DNA of 64,000 nucleotides from NCBI RefSeq assembly GCF_004010195.1, contig NC_057722.1:45341557-45405556 (forward strand), written 5' to 3'. Position 1 is the first letter of the stretch. Every line of letters begins with the position of its first letter. The DNA comes from Chiloscyllium plagiosum (taxonomy: Eukaryota). The translations under genes and the position numbers were made by a program. Below the pieces are notes generated by a model. It saw nothing but the letters and a program-made list of their open reading frames with translations, was not told the origin of the DNA and searched no databases. This document shows, one piece after another, positions 63,564 to 64,000 of the stretch.

Positions 63564-64000
63564 TAGGAGAAAGTGAGAACTGCAGATGCTGGAGATCAGA
63601 GTCGAAAATTGTGGCGTTGGAAAAGCACAGCAGGTCAGGCAGTCAAGGAGCAAGACAGTCAACATTTTGTGCATAAGCCCTTCATCAGGAATGTGGGGTG
63701 GGGAAGGGCACTGAGAGATAAATAGGAAGGTTGGGGGGAGGTAGCTGGGAAGGCAATAGCTAAATGCAGGTTGGGGGTGACAGTGATAGGTCGGAGGGGA
63801 GGGTGGAGTGGATAGATGGGAAGGAAGATGGAGAAGGAAGGATAGTTCAAGAGGGCTGTGCTGAGTTGGAGGGTTGGATCTGGGATGAGGTGGGGAGAGG
63901 GGAGATAAGGAAACTGGTGAAATGGATGTTGATGCTGTGTGGTTTGAGGGCCCCAAGGCAGAAGATGAGGTGTTCTTCCTCCAGATATCGGGTGGCTTGG
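63564..64000 (-). mobile_element. PLE 3' end, running off the window
   Basis: Tail plus pLTR, degenerate hammerhead (rc of cccttcatcaggaat), G-rich segment, and the rc of the LEEEHLIFCLG region at the window end. Confidence 0.85.

Noticed and set aside
4713-64000. Recurrent gctggaaaagc.cagcagg.caggcagca motif as a CRISPR-like or regulatory array
   Set aside because: Copies are dispersed, in both orientations and flanked by TSDs. They are PLE pseudo-LTRs in a eukaryotic genome.

Overview
Eukaryotic, repeat-rich DNA from a cartilaginous fish, most likely a shark (inferred from HE1/V-SINEs, HER1/CR1 LINEs, SacSINE1-like Deu-SINE pieces and shark-type Penelope-like elements). The only clear host gene is the single-exon FAM43A CDS (7815-8882, +). 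It has upstream ORFs and a long, repeat-free putative 3' UTR. The remainder is intergenic: CR1, L2-group, Rex1/Babar and L1/Tx1 LINE relics, a Gypsy pol relic, a probable solo LTR, SINEs, a tRNA-Leu pseudogene and three assembly gaps. The most striking pattern is a dozen or more Penelope-like (PLE) insertions. Many are tiny TSD-flanked fold-back hairpins built around a minimal hammerhead ribozyme, with breakpoints clustering at the ribozyme. Also notable are a multi-layer TE nest containing a captured tRNA, a twin-priming-type Tx1 inversion, and an unexplained ~1 kb decayed coding-like segment with weak resemblance to bornavirus N/P. All family assignments were made by eye from recalled motifs; no database search was run.
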